DNA of 64,000 bases from contig CDRNVI010000016.1 of NCBI GenBank assembly GCA_977017575.1, positions 124,001-188,000 on the forward strand, given 5' to 3'. Below the pieces are notes generated by a model. It saw nothing but the letters and a program-made list of their open reading frames with translations. It was not told where the DNA came from and did not search any database. The DNA is from Paramoeba atlantica. Lineage: Eukaryota; Protista; Discosea. Below are positions 54,298 through 64,000 of this stretch, piece by piece (positions within the stretch are counted from its first letter, which is position 1; every line of letters begins with the position of its first letter). A program made the translations under genes and the position numbers.

Positions 54298-55989
54298 ATG
54301 CCCTCTTCTTTCGCGATAAAACCCATAGTACTTCTTCTCGGTACTGAATTCTTCGTACGCCTGGCATACTATGGGGTTGTGTTTACGTTTGCGTCCTTCC
54401 TACAGTATCCTTTGTTGCTTTCACCGCAGAAGATCAACCTCGTGATAAACGCATTTTGGGCGATGTGCGCCGTGGCCTCTATTCTCTTCGGTATTACCGC
54501 TGACATTTGCTACAGAGGAGAAGTCAGTATTTTACGTGTGGGTGCCATGATTTACACAATTGCACTTGGCATGCTCGCTTTTTCTGCCTATTTTGACGTT
54601 TTCGGTTTTCAGCGCCCCGGAATGGAAAGCCTTCACGTTGCTGGAGTCTCTTCGAACCACGTGGCGGTTACATTATTCCTCATCGGGATTCTACTATTCT
54701 CTTTGGGATATGGCGCCATAAAAACGACGATCGGTCCCTTATTAGGGAACATGGCTAGCTACATTGAAGAAACCAGCTCCACTGCGATGTCCTCAGAGGA
54801 CTCTTCCACGGACCATGAAAAAAACTTCTCTCCCATGACACAGAGATTGTTTGGGATCTACTATTGGGTTATCAATGCTGGGGCGTTCATCGGCATTTTG
54901 CTGTGTCCGGAATTTTGCTCGCGGGCGGACAAGTACTGGAATGTTTGTCCCTCACAGATCTCCGGGTTGGACAAGTCCCACGCGGAGAGTAGGCCCGTGG
55001 AGGGAATTGTGCCGTGCGCGTCGTACTGGGCACCCTACGCGTTCTGCGCGCTTGTGAGTGTAGCAAGTTTGGTTCTCACAATTCTGTTTCGCTCGCCAAA
55101 GAAGAGACTTTCTGTAGATAAAGAGAATTTGACGCAAATCTCTGCGACTGATGCTGGGAAATCAGCCCATCGCGAGCAGCCTTTATCCTTTCACACGAAA
55201 TTTCGTATAATCAAGAGCATACTTTTTGAAACTGTTACACGAACGGCGGACAAGCAAACCCCTGAAAGAGCTATGAATTCTCCAGTATTTGAGTTAGAGA
55301 AGAGAAAATTGAAACGAATTCTTACGCTCTTTGCTGTGCTACCCCTTTTCTGGGTTCTGGCTAATCAGCAGTCTTCCAACTATATATTGCAGGCGAATTA
55401 CATGGCCCGACCCTCGTGGTTAGCATCTCCGAGCGCTCTGAATGGACTAAACACCATAATTCTTCTCATCGTCATTCCGCTGCTGGAGATTATTTTTGCA
55501 AAAAGCGCGTTTGCTCACCGATTTAGCTCTCCGAAATGGCGAATCGCCGGAGGTTTACTCCTGTCTGCTATTGGCCTAGCCTACGCAGCCATTTTACAGT
55601 GGACGCTAGATAGCCGAGGAAATTTTGACACGCTGGGCAACTATGAGTTACACGGGAACGATAAATTATCCATCTGGGTACAAGTTCCCCTGTACGTCGT
55701 GCAAAGTATTGCCGAGAGCTTGACAAGTATTACGACTCTTCAACTGGCCTATACTTGGGCACCTACAATGCTAAAATCGTTTTGCATGTCATTATACATT
55801 TTTACATCATTTGTCGCCTCACTGGTTGGTATGACCCTTGTACCATTGTCGACCCCCTCACGCTTTGTGTACCTGTTTTCGGGCTGCGCATTCGCAATGC
55901 TCCTAGAATTTATCTTGTTTGTTGTGTTTTTTAACGATAATTTGCAAAGTGCGACTGATGATGAATGTGCAAGATATTCTGGGCAATGA
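54298..55989 (+). CDS. POT/PTR family proton-dependent oligopeptide transporter (MFS)
   Basis: EFFVRLAYYG (ExxERFxYYG variant), GYGAIK, YYWVINAGAF, multiple TMs, AESLTSITTLQLAY. The ORF from 53995 includes ~100 probably non-coding codons. Confidence 0.88.
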   Translation: MPSSFAIKPIVLLLGTEFFVRLAYYGVVFTFASFLQYPLLLSPQKINLVINAFWAMCAVASILFGITADICYRGEVSILRVGAMIYTIALGMLAFSAYFDVFGFQRPGMESLHVAGVSSNHVAVTLFLIGILLFSLGYGAIKTTIGPLLGNMASYIEETSSTAMSSEDSSTDHEKNFSPMTQRLFGIYYWVINAGAFIGILLCPEFCSRADKYWNVCPSQISGLDKSHAESRPVEGIVPCASYWAPYAFCALVSVASLVLTILFRSPKKRLSVDKENLTQISATDAGKSAHREQPLSFHTKFRIIKSILFETVTRTADKQTPERAMNSPVFELEKRKLKRILTLFAVLPLFWVLANQQSSNYILQANYMARPSWLASPSALNGLNTIILLIVIPLLEIIFAKSAFAHRFSSPKWRIAGGLLLSAIGLAYAAILQWTLDSRGNFDTLGNYELHGNDKLSIWVQVPLYVVQSIAESLTSITTLQLAYTWAPTMLKSFCMSLYIFTSFVASLVGMTLVPLSTPSRFVYLFSGCAFAMLLEFILFVVFFNDNLQSATDDECARYSGQ

Positions 55990-56330
55990 TTTCATTTTTT
56001 GACGATTATTAATCTTCGTGGAAGATGAATTAAAAAACTATTGTTTCATTCCATTAAAGGTTAAATACAGTGGTGTTCAGCCTCTTTTACCCCCCCCTAC
56101 AGGTCTTGTATTTTGTCCGATTTTGGAAATATTTAGTATAACACCGTTTTTCGACCCAATCGTTCCGAATCCGAGGTCCTTTTCACTCGAGCGACCCCCT
56201 ACCCCCCCTAGCCAGGTAGGGGTCAAAAAAGCTAATTGCGACTTTTTTCGGGGCATTTTTTCGAATTTTTCGGATGAGGAACAGTAGTAAAGTAGGTCAG
56301 AAGACGTGGAAAAAGAGTACAAAGTAATCT

Positions 56331-57227
56331 CTAGTATTTAGTCATATGCCCTTTGGCCTCCTTGACCAAAAGTAAACGTTTACGATAGTTCCGGAAGATA
56401 TTCTTAAACGTTTCCGGTTGATCTTCGGAAAAAAAACGAAAAATTTCAATGATGGACTCCCGAAGTTGAGTCCTGTTTCGGGGTTTCAGCACATCCTTTA
56501 CGCGGCGAGACATCGCTGCCCACCCCGTTTCAACGGGGTTTAAATCAGGGGAGAGAGGGGGGAAGTCAAGACGACGTTTCAGATACTTTTTTTTAACAAT
56601 CGAGTGGGTGGGGGCGTTGTCCATTTGTAGGATGGGCTTCCGGTGCGAACGAAAAAAACTGGCCATGCCACTTTCTTCATAAGCCAGTAAAATCTGTTCG
56701 GAGTTAACAGAAGCACCCTGTTCTCCCTCAAAGATGAAGAACAGACCGTAGTTATAGGAATACCCCATCCACACCATTATCCCCCTCACCCCAAAATGTT
56801 TTCCCCGCCGGTCCGATTGCCTCAGATGAGGTGCTCGCTTGCGACCGACGTAAAAGTCGGCGTTTGACCCCGCACAGCAACTGAACAGTTTTTCGTCGGT
56901 AAAAACAATGTTCAGGTAGTCAGCGTCACTCCACTTAAGCATGTCCTTCACATACTTAAGACGGAGTTGAATGTGACGCGGTTTGAGACCAAGGTCTTTG
57001 GCCTTGCGAAGGCGCCCATAGCCCTTAAAATTAAGAGCTCGCCGGACACTACTCAGGGAGCTTCCATGATTGCTTCGCACCTCGCGATGCACGACAGAGA
57101 ACGTAGGACAACCCTCCACAGTATCCTTCGACACTCTCCGGCACGCAGAAACACGTTTACAATAGTTCCGGAAGATATTCTTAAACGTTTCCGGTTGATC
57201 TTCGGAAAAAAAAACGAAAAATTTCAA
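56331..57227 (-). pseudogene. duplicated catalytic half of the same transposase carrying the natural C-terminus
   Basis: Repeats residues from CRRVSK onward and ends KGHMTKY*. Confidence 0.8.
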
Positions 57228-58170
57228 TGATGGACTCCCGAAGTTGAGTCCTGTTCCGGGGTTTCAGCACATCCTTTACGCGGCGAGACATCGCTGCCCA
57301 CCCCGTTTCAACGGGGTTTAAATCAGGGGAGAGAGGGGGGAAGTCAAGACGACGTTTCAGATACTTTTTTTTAACAATCGAGTGGGTGGGGGCGTTGTCC
57401 ATTGGTAGGATGGGCTTCCGGTGCAAACGAAAAAAACTGGCCATGCCACTTTCTTCATAAGCCAGTAAAATCTGTTCGGAGTTAACAGAAGCACCCTGTT
57501 CTCCCTCAAAGATGAAGAACAGACCGTAGTTATAGGAATACCCCATCCACACCATTATCCCCCTCACCCCAAAATGTTTTCCCCGCCGGTCCGATTGCCT
57601 CAGACGAGGTGCTCGCTTGCGACCGACGTAAAAGTCGGCGTTTGACCCCGCACAGCAACTGAACAGTTTTTCGTCGGTAAAAACAATGTTCAGGTAGTCA
57701 GCGTCACTCCACTTAAGCATGTCCTTCACATACTTAAGACGGAGTTGAATGTGACGCGGTTTGAGACCAAGGTCTTTGGCCTTGCGAAGGCGCCCATAGC
57801 CCTTAAAATTAAGAGCTCGCCGGACACTACTCAGGGAGCCTCCATGATTGCTTCGCACCTCGCGATGCACGACAGAGAACGTAGGACAACCCTCCACAGT
57901 ATCCTTCGACACTCTCCGGCACGCAGAAACACATGCTTCAACGTGCCTTTGTGTAAGGACCGTACGCACCCCCTCGCGAGGTGGAGTACTGACATGCCCG
58001 TGCTCCTCATACTTCCGCACCCAATACTTTACAGTTCTGGGGGCAAGTTTATGGAGTTTTGCGACTGCCTTATAGGACTTAAGTCGCTCGTAATCGATTA
58101 CGAGTGCCGTACGCATCTCGGGGCGCACGCGGGAGGAAGGTAAACACAGGGGGCGGTGCCTCTTCGTCAT
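57181..58170 (-). CDS. Tc1-like DDE transposase, upstream copy (C-terminus frameshifted by an extra base in an A run)
   Basis: HTH N-terminus, VFTDEKLF, MDNAPTH, SPDLNPVE. Confidence 0.85.
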   Translation of the reverse strand: MTKRHRPLCLPSSRVRPEMRTALVIDYERLKSYKAVAKLHKLAPRTVKYWVRKYEEHGHVSTPPREGVRTVLTQRHVEACVSACRRVSKDTVEGCPTFSVVHREVRSNHGGSLSSVRRALNFKGYGRLRKAKDLGLKPRHIQLRLKYVKDMLKWSDADYLNIVFTDEKLFSCCAGSNADFYVGRKRAPRLRQSDRRGKHFGVRGIMVWMGYSYNYGLFFIFEGEQGASVNSEQILLAYEESGMASFFRLHRKPILPMDNAPTHSIVKKKYLKRRLDFPPLSPDLNPVETGWAAMSRRVKDVLKPRNRTQLRESIIEIFRFFFRRSTGNV

Positions 58171-58619
58171 GAATCACCAATAAATGTACCAATTTTGAAA
58201 AAAATGTACTCTGTGAAAAAAAAATCGACTTTTTTGCAGTTTTTTTTCCGGTTTAGGTATGATACAGATGTCCACGAGTGAAAAGGGCCTCGGATTCGGA
58301 ACGATTGGGTCGAAAAACAGTCCCATACAAAATATTTCCAAAATTGGACAAATTACAAGACCTGTAGGGGGGGGGGTAAAAGAGGCTGAACACTACTGTA
58401 AGTCTTCAACAAATGATGCAAGGATATTTTTTTTACGTTTACAATAGAAGAATTTCACTTGTAGAGCTTTATATTAGATTCTAAGCTTCTAGACTCGATT
58501 CTAAGCTTTAATACGCATTTTCATGGATAGTAATTATGGATAGTAATCTACAATCCCAAATCACGCTCGCATTAGACAGAACATGCCGTTCTCTGTACGA
58601 ACTCAGCGACTCGGACATA

Positions 58620-59921
58620 CAGTAACTCAAAAAAGTGTTCAAATGTTTCGAAATTTTTTAATGTTTTTATTTTTTACCAAAGAGAATCAGAGGATAATGC
58701 TGTAGTATATGGTAGTAGTGTAGGCTGGGGTAGTGCTTATATCCCCACGTACTTTGAGTTCATCAACGATCTTACTACGAAAAACTATGAAAGATATAAT
58801 GTCAGTCCAACATATGAACACTTTTTTGACTTTTTTTCGGACACGTTTTTTTATAGGAAAACGTTCTACTGCTTCACCCTTAATGGACCAAAATGGTTTA
58901 GACTTAATACTTAGTAAGTCCCCCCTTCGCCCTGATGACTGCCCTCAAACGACGGGGCATGCTTTGGACAAGAGGGAGGCATGCACTTGGAGGAACTTTC
59001 GCCCATGCTTTTTGGGCCCGTTCCCATAACTCGATCATTCCTGCGGGTGGGTCGGGGTAATCTGCCGTTGCCTTTTTCAGTTCAACCCATAGGTTTTCTA
59101 TGGGGTTTAAGTCGGGAGACTGAGGGGGCCAGTCAAGCACACACAGCTCCTGCGAATTTAAAAAATCCCGAGCCTTCTTACTCGTGTGCTTCGGATCGTT
59201 ATCCTGTTGGAAGACGATCCGATCCTTCGTGACACTCAGCTTTTGTAGGGAAGGGGGCAAATTTTGTTGCAGTATTTGAACGTACTGCTCGGCGTTCATA
59301 TTCCCGTGAACCAGCTCAATGGTTCCCACACCGTGCTCCATCATGCAACCCCATATCATGATGGAGCCGCCACCATACTTGAGCGTACCTTGTGTGTTTC
59401 GCTCAGACAGCTCCTCCCCAAAGTCTACCCAAACCCACCGGCTACCATTCGACTCGAAACGGCAGATCTTCGTTTCATCCGTGAAAAGTACACGGCCCCA
59501 GTCGGCGTGCGTCCAATGCTCGTACTTTCTTGCAAAAGCAAGACGTAGAGCCTTGTGACGTTTCGTAAGGTAGGGCTTCTTGACCCTCTTCTTTCCCTTC
59601 ATACCACGCTTACGAAGGGAAACCCGAATGGTTTCCGGGCAAACATCCGCAATACCTTCGTCTCTCAACCTTTCGCTGGCGGCAACTGCGTCTTTTGTGG
59701 CGCCGCTAGTGATGAGACGGCGGACGCGCCTACGGCAAGTATCACTCAGCTTACGTGGGCGACCGGTTGGTTGTCTAGATAGCGATGGAAGATATTTATT
59801 TTTAATGCGGCTGACATTTCCTACGCTTAAGTTTAAATCGGCGGCCACTCTACGAAGTGAAGATCCGTTTTCAAGTTTTTCAATAGCAATCTTTCGTAAA
59901 TAACTCGGTGTACTGTGCATA
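58620..59921 (-). mobile_element. Tc1 transposon (DD34E) with one TIR; the other end is replaced by an inverted duplication
   Basis: TA|CAGTAACTCAAAAAAGTGTTC at 58620; no matching TIR seen beyond the ORF start. Confidence 0.78.
58904..59920 (-). CDS. intact Tc1 transposase, 338 aa, DD34E
   Basis: LFTDETKI, QQDNDPKHTS, WPPQSPDLNPIENLW; 34 residues between the second D and E. Confidence 0.95.
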   Translation of the reverse strand: MHSTPSYLRKIAIEKLENGSSLRRVAADLNLSVGNVSRIKNKYLPSLSRQPTGRPRKLSDTCRRRVRRLITSGATKDAVAASERLRDEGIADVCPETIRVSLRKRGMKGKKRVKKPYLTKRHKALRLAFARKYEHWTHADWGRVLFTDETKICRFESNGSRWVWVDFGEELSERNTQGTLKYGGGSIMIWGCMMEHGVGTIELVHGNMNAEQYVQILQQNLPPSLQKLSVTKDRIVFQQDNDPKHTSKKARDFLNSQELCVLDWPPQSPDLNPIENLWVELKKATADYPDPPAGMIELWERAQKAWAKVPPSACLPLVQSMPRRLRAVIRAKGGLTKY

Positions 59922-60049
59922 GTAGAACAAAGATCTACAATAGGAGAATAAAACCAAGTTGCTCTATTTTCTACATTACTTATGCACAGTACACCGAGTT
60001 ATTTACGAAAGATTGCTATTGAAAAACTTGAAAACGGATCTTCACTTCG
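59853..60049. repeat. 69-bp perfect inverted repeat with 59-bp spacer
   Basis: 59853-59921 is the exact reverse complement of 59981-60049. Confidence 0.95.
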
Positions 60050-60695
60050 AAGCTTCAAAAAAGCTGGAGCTGCTCAGAAAAACCAAACAAACAGATGGCT
60101 TCGCTATTTATAATCCGAACAAGGGTGCTCATAAACATGTGAAATGAAGAATCGGACCTTTTACTCCTATAGGTGAGGACACCAGATTTAAATGTATCGG
60201 TGGCTATGCGTTACAGCACATCTTGTACAAATATACAATTTACAATGCGCCGATTGTCGTTTTTGCAGCTCTTTGCGTTCTACTACTACTTGTTCCGCTA
60301 GACCGAAAATGAATTCTCCGATTTCGGATTCACGAACTTCGTACAGGAGAATCATTTTGTGCGTGACTAAATGCAGGCATATGACACTACAGTGACAAAA
60401 TGTGTAAGCTAAGTGTGTTGAAACTACAGAAAAGTTTACAATTGGGCAAATATTTGTCTAAGGAATCAATATTTTACAGAAGACACTCAATGTATAGAAT
60501 TGTATAAAATCACAAACAACATCTCAAACACTTCAGCAGAAAACAATACGAACCGCACTAGGTACATATACAGCAAAATTATACCAACTCTGCTGAATAG
60601 TACGAACGTGGAGAGTATTTCTCTTTCAACTGAAGATTCATTTGATTTAAATACACAAAAAGAAAACTTCGTTTCTTCATTACGTTAATAAAAGC

Positions 60696-61727
60696 ATGTA
60701 CAACAGGTATAGACTGCAAACTCTAGTCAGCAACGGCATTCGACTGCGATATCTCGACTTAAAGCCTAGCACTAAGGGGATTATGGACGGTAGTCCAACT
60801 TTACAACCTCAAAAAGCTACAGAATATCCGACGTGTGTTCTTCTGCATGGTTTCCCACAGCTTTGGTATGGATGGAAGTATCAAATACAACATCTTCACG
60901 AAAAGGGGTATCGAGTGATTGCCCCAGACCTACGTGGCTACGGCGGTAGTGATGCTCCACCAGATGCTTCAAGCTATGACGTGTTTACGGTTACGCAAGA
61001 TATGCTCGGGCTTCTTCAGCAACTTCACATACCCAACGCTGTTTTTATAGGTCACGAAATAGGAGCCGTAATCTCATACTTTATTGCGCTGTACCGACCT
61101 CACATCGTGCGCGGAATTTGCGGACTCAGTGCACCACACATTGTTTGCTCCCCCACCATGAGCCCATTGAGGAATCTGGAAAACGACATGGGACCCCGAT
61201 TTCATTACGTTCTGTACCATAATGAGAAAGCAGCGGAAAGGGAGTATGACGCGCGACCAGAGGTGTTTCTCCGAAGGCTCTACTCGTTGGGGAGTGTGAG
61301 CTGTGAAAGCCCTGTGATCATGTCACCCTATAGGGCAGCCGGAGATTCCTTTATTGATCGCCTTGGTGAACCAATAGCTCTACCTTGCTGGTTAGAAGCA
61401 GCTGATCTCGAGTACTTTGTTCAAAATTTTCGAAAGCGCGGATTCGCAGGACCTGTACATTATTTTCGCAATTTTATGCGCAATTGGAAACATTTTCTTA
61501 GCCTTAAGAACAAATTTATTACGCAGCCCTCGACAATTGTACTTGGTGAAGCGGATCCTACTTTAGAATACTACTGCAACCAAAAACATATGCTAAGCAA
61601 GATGACCAGTTCTTTGAAAAATCCTATAGAGACGTCGATTCTTCCGAATACGGGCCATTTTCTACACTGGGAAAAGGCTGATCTTGTTAACAGCAAACTT
61701 GATGAACTTCTAAAGCATTGCATTTAA
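60696..61727 (+). CDS. epoxide hydrolase-like alpha/beta hydrolase
   Basis: LLHGFPQLWYGWKYQI, APDLRGYGGS, GHEIGA nucleophile elbow, GEAD, GHFLHWE. Confidence 0.9.
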   Translation: MYNRYRLQTLVSNGIRLRYLDLKPSTKGIMDGSPTLQPQKATEYPTCVLLHGFPQLWYGWKYQIQHLHEKGYRVIAPDLRGYGGSDAPPDASSYDVFTVTQDMLGLLQQLHIPNAVFIGHEIGAVISYFIALYRPHIVRGICGLSAPHIVCSPTMSPLRNLENDMGPRFHYVLYHNEKAAEREYDARPEVFLRRLYSLGSVSCESPVIMSPYRAAGDSFIDRLGEPIALPCWLEAADLEYFVQNFRKRGFAGPVHYFRNFMRNWKHFLSLKNKFITQPSTIVLGEADPTLEYYCNQKHMLSKMTSSLKNPIETSILPNTGHFLHWEKADLVNSKLDELLKHCI

Positions 61728-62314
61728 TCAATTGCTACATTTTTGGTGCGAGACTTGGTGACCACTCTACGAAGACTTTCAAACATAGCATGGAGCCGTA
61801 TGTCATACATGTATAAATGCATTTATGCTACGGTATGCAAGAACGCTAAGGACACCGCGTCCTTATATACGCGCGACACCTGCGTATCATTATCGTCCAG
61901 TCAGTAATAGTATTACAGTATTAAATATTGTACTGTACCGAAGCGCTCATACTTTACGGTCCGGCTCAATCTACGGCTCATGCTTCGGGTCATGCGTGTA
62001 TGGTGGGTTGCGGGTGCTGAGATTTCAGCAAAGTTTCACAAGGCGTCACATCTTCATTGTGTTGCCCATGGCACTTCTCTAACACCGCCTTTGGCATGCC
62101 CAAGCCTGGACAAAGTTACGGTTTTAGTTTTTTTCTATTTCAATTTTTATAAAGTTACGGCTTTAGTTTCTAATCCATCTCGTAGCCTTAAAACGCTAAA
62201 CAATTTGGGTCAAATATTCGAACTGTCTATTAGTGTCGAAGCTTTATATTTCCGAGCATTAGACAAATATATTCGCTTTATTCTTTGACACCGAGAGCCT
62301 GGAACTCTCTTGCA

Positions 62315-62692
62315 ATGTTGTTCTATTTTATGTGCATGTTCGCTGTCTGGAACATTTCGCAAGACATAATCCATAGCAACATGTCGGCAAAAAACATTTC
62401 CGCTGCGACATGTACGTTGCGCAATGAGCCTAGACTTTGGCAACACGACAAAGGTGAATTTCGTCGATCGCGCGGTAAAAGTAACTCATGGGAGGAGATA
62501 AACGAAGAAGGACAGATAACTTCACGATTCACGCAACAACAGTTATCGGGTCGTCAGGTCATTCTTCGAAATAATGAAAGAGACATTACTCTTGTATTGA
62601 CAGAGGAAATGGCAGGAATCCGTGGAAAAGGGCAAGAACAATTCCAACAGCTTTATGCTGGTTCTTGGGTGAAGATTGCAGATTGCACTTAG
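62315..62692 (+). CDS. small hypothetical protein with N-terminal hydrophobic segment
   Basis: ORF on the cluster strand, first ATG at 62315; no recognised domain. Confidence 0.35.
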   Translation: MLFYFMCMFAVWNISQDIIHSNMSAKNISAATCTLRNEPRLWQHDKGEFRRSRGKSNSWEEINEEGQITSRFTQQQLSGRQVILRNNERDITLVLTEEMAGIRGKGQEQFQQLYAGSWVKIADCT

Positions 62693-63005
62693 TACGAATG
62701 CGAATCGAGTGACATCACAAATTCAGGCATTCTGACAGTTCGTAACACTGGCAGCCTGCAGTACCCGATTTATTGACGCAGAAAATTGTTTATACTGAAA
62801 GATGATCTGGAACGTACATCATATACACGTAACACATGCATCATGTACATGAGTAAAGTATGCTAATAAGAAATAACGCATAATCAAGTTTTAGCGATAC
62901 TCGTTGTAGACTTTCAAGAATTATTAGTATTCCTAAAACCAAATTACACACATGTGTAGATTCGTGATCTATTGTATACCTAGTGTATTATTCAAGTAAT
63001 TTCAA

Positions 63006-64000
63006 ATGTGTTCTGCTCACAACGTGCAAAACCTTGATTTTTTTCATGAGATTGACGAACCGAATGAGGCATTCGGTGCGAAAGAAGTGAACGCTACTAG
63101 TAATACCATAAGTACTCCAGCAGTTCAATCTGAAAATGCATCCGCATTACCAGAACACAGAAGTGCTGATGAGATCAGAAAGTCGATGCACATTCGAATT
63201 CATCTACTTTCAAAGATCGACACATCAAAAGAGAGGAAGCGAAAACACCTACCAAGGCAAAACAAGCAAACATTAAAAAATGTGCCACTGTGCTCCAATT
63301 TTAAGACTCTGAAGCATTCTTTTTCTAAAGGTGTCTTACATACTTTGGAAGAGAAGCAGTTTTCGTCATGCACTCCTGTCCAATCCCAGTGTTTGCCACT
63401 TCTTCTGCAGCCTTACCTTACTTTAAACAACGGAAAAGGAGAAAAGGTGCAGAGTGCTGACGCCGCACAGGCACATACTGGTAATATTTCGACGTCACTG
63501 CCCAAAACTTACGCATCACCTCCTTGTGTCCTGGTGTGTGCCCCTACGGGTTCAGGAAAGACAATTGCCTACCTGTTGCCCCTCATAACCGATCTGGAGC
63601 GCAGGTGGCCATACGGGAAAAGACGAATAAAACGAAAAGGTAGTTCTGAATCTGTCCCACAAACTACCGAAAGAAAGGACCATTCGCGAAGAGAAATTGG
63701 CCTTCGCTCCTTTGTTTTGGTACCCACACGCGAGCTTGCGATTCAAGTCGAGACAGAACTCTTATCTTTCTCAAATCGCTCTTCACTTCGCATTATGCAG
63801 TGCGAAATGAACAAAACTCAAATAACACAGAGTGATGTAATCGTTTCCACACCCCACCGCATGCAATCCTTTCTAGATGAATGCGGTGGCACCGTACTTA
63901 GCGCTGTCCAGTTTTGCGTTGTGGATGAAGCGGACCGAGTGCTAGATAAGACCTCACCTAATCTATTAGAGCAATGCAGTGCTCTCCTTGAGACCCTTCC
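63006..64000 (+). CDS. DEAD-box RNA helicase, ROK1/DDX52-like, runs off the window end
   Basis: Translated by hand from ATG 63006: TPVQ (Q motif), CAPTGSGKTIAYLLP, VPTRELA, STP, VDEAD. Not in the ORF track because there is no stop. Confidence 0.88.
   Translation, partial: MCSAHNVQNLDFFHEIDEPNEAFGAKEVNATSNTISTPAVQSENASALPEHRSADEIRKSMHIRIHLLSKIDTSKERKRKHLPRQNKQTLKNVPLCSNFKTLKHSFSKGVLHTLEEKQFSSCTPVQSQCLPLLLQPYLTLNNGKGEKVQSADAAQAHTGNISTSLPKTYASPPCVLVCAPTGSGKTIAYLLPLITDLERRWPYGKRRIKRKGSSESVPQTTERKDHSRREIGLRSFVLVPTRELAIQVETELLSFSNRSSLRIMQCEMNKTQITQSDVIVSTPHRMQSFLDECGGTVLSAVQFCVVDEADRVLDKTSPNLLEQCSALLETL

Larger units (their letters stand above)
56068..58398 (-). mobile_element. Tc1/mariner-superfamily transposon with internal 777-bp tandem duplication
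   Basis: TIRs of over 100 bp starting CAGTGGTGTTCAGCCTCTTTTACCCCCCC, with TA on both flanks (56066-67, 58399-400). Confidence 0.93.

Overview
Eukaryotic nuclear DNA, most likely from a kinetoplastid (euglenozoan). The host call is an inference from three observations: about 17 intronless housekeeping genes lie on one strand from ~21 kb to the window end, the F1 ATP synthase delta subunit has the trypanosomatid-like LPxGFxF...LTLTRQDE N-terminus, and the retroelements are of VIPER/TATE and CRE/SLACS type. A Perkinsela-like lineage is plausible but unproven. The first ~21 kb is a nest of mostly decayed transposable elements: at least six pieces of tyrosine-recombinase (YR) retroelements with gag-YR-(RT/RNase H) order, two CRE-clade non-LTR elements, hAT, Merlin, Tc1/mariner and foldback or MITE-like repeats. 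The gene cluster encodes an RRM/CCCH protein, a BRCT protein, a DHHC palmitoyltransferase, RPL28, NAR1, ATP synthase delta, PPR and TPR proteins, an MT-A70-like protein, two DEAD-box helicases, a probable TFIIIC large subunit, a POT transporter and an epoxide hydrolase. It is interrupted by a triple-nested element at 51.4-53.6 kb and two Tc1 elements at 56-60 kb. The strongest novel signals are: (1) definable termini of the YR element that would form an att-like inverted-arm site on a circle, with a precise, TSD-free insertion and repeated association with CRE elements; (2) a Tc1-like transposase with DD29E spacing; (3) a 69-bp foldback over the start of an intact Tc1 transposase; (4) a degenerate MT-A70-family gene. 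All calls come from reading the sequence and motifs by eye; no database searches were run.
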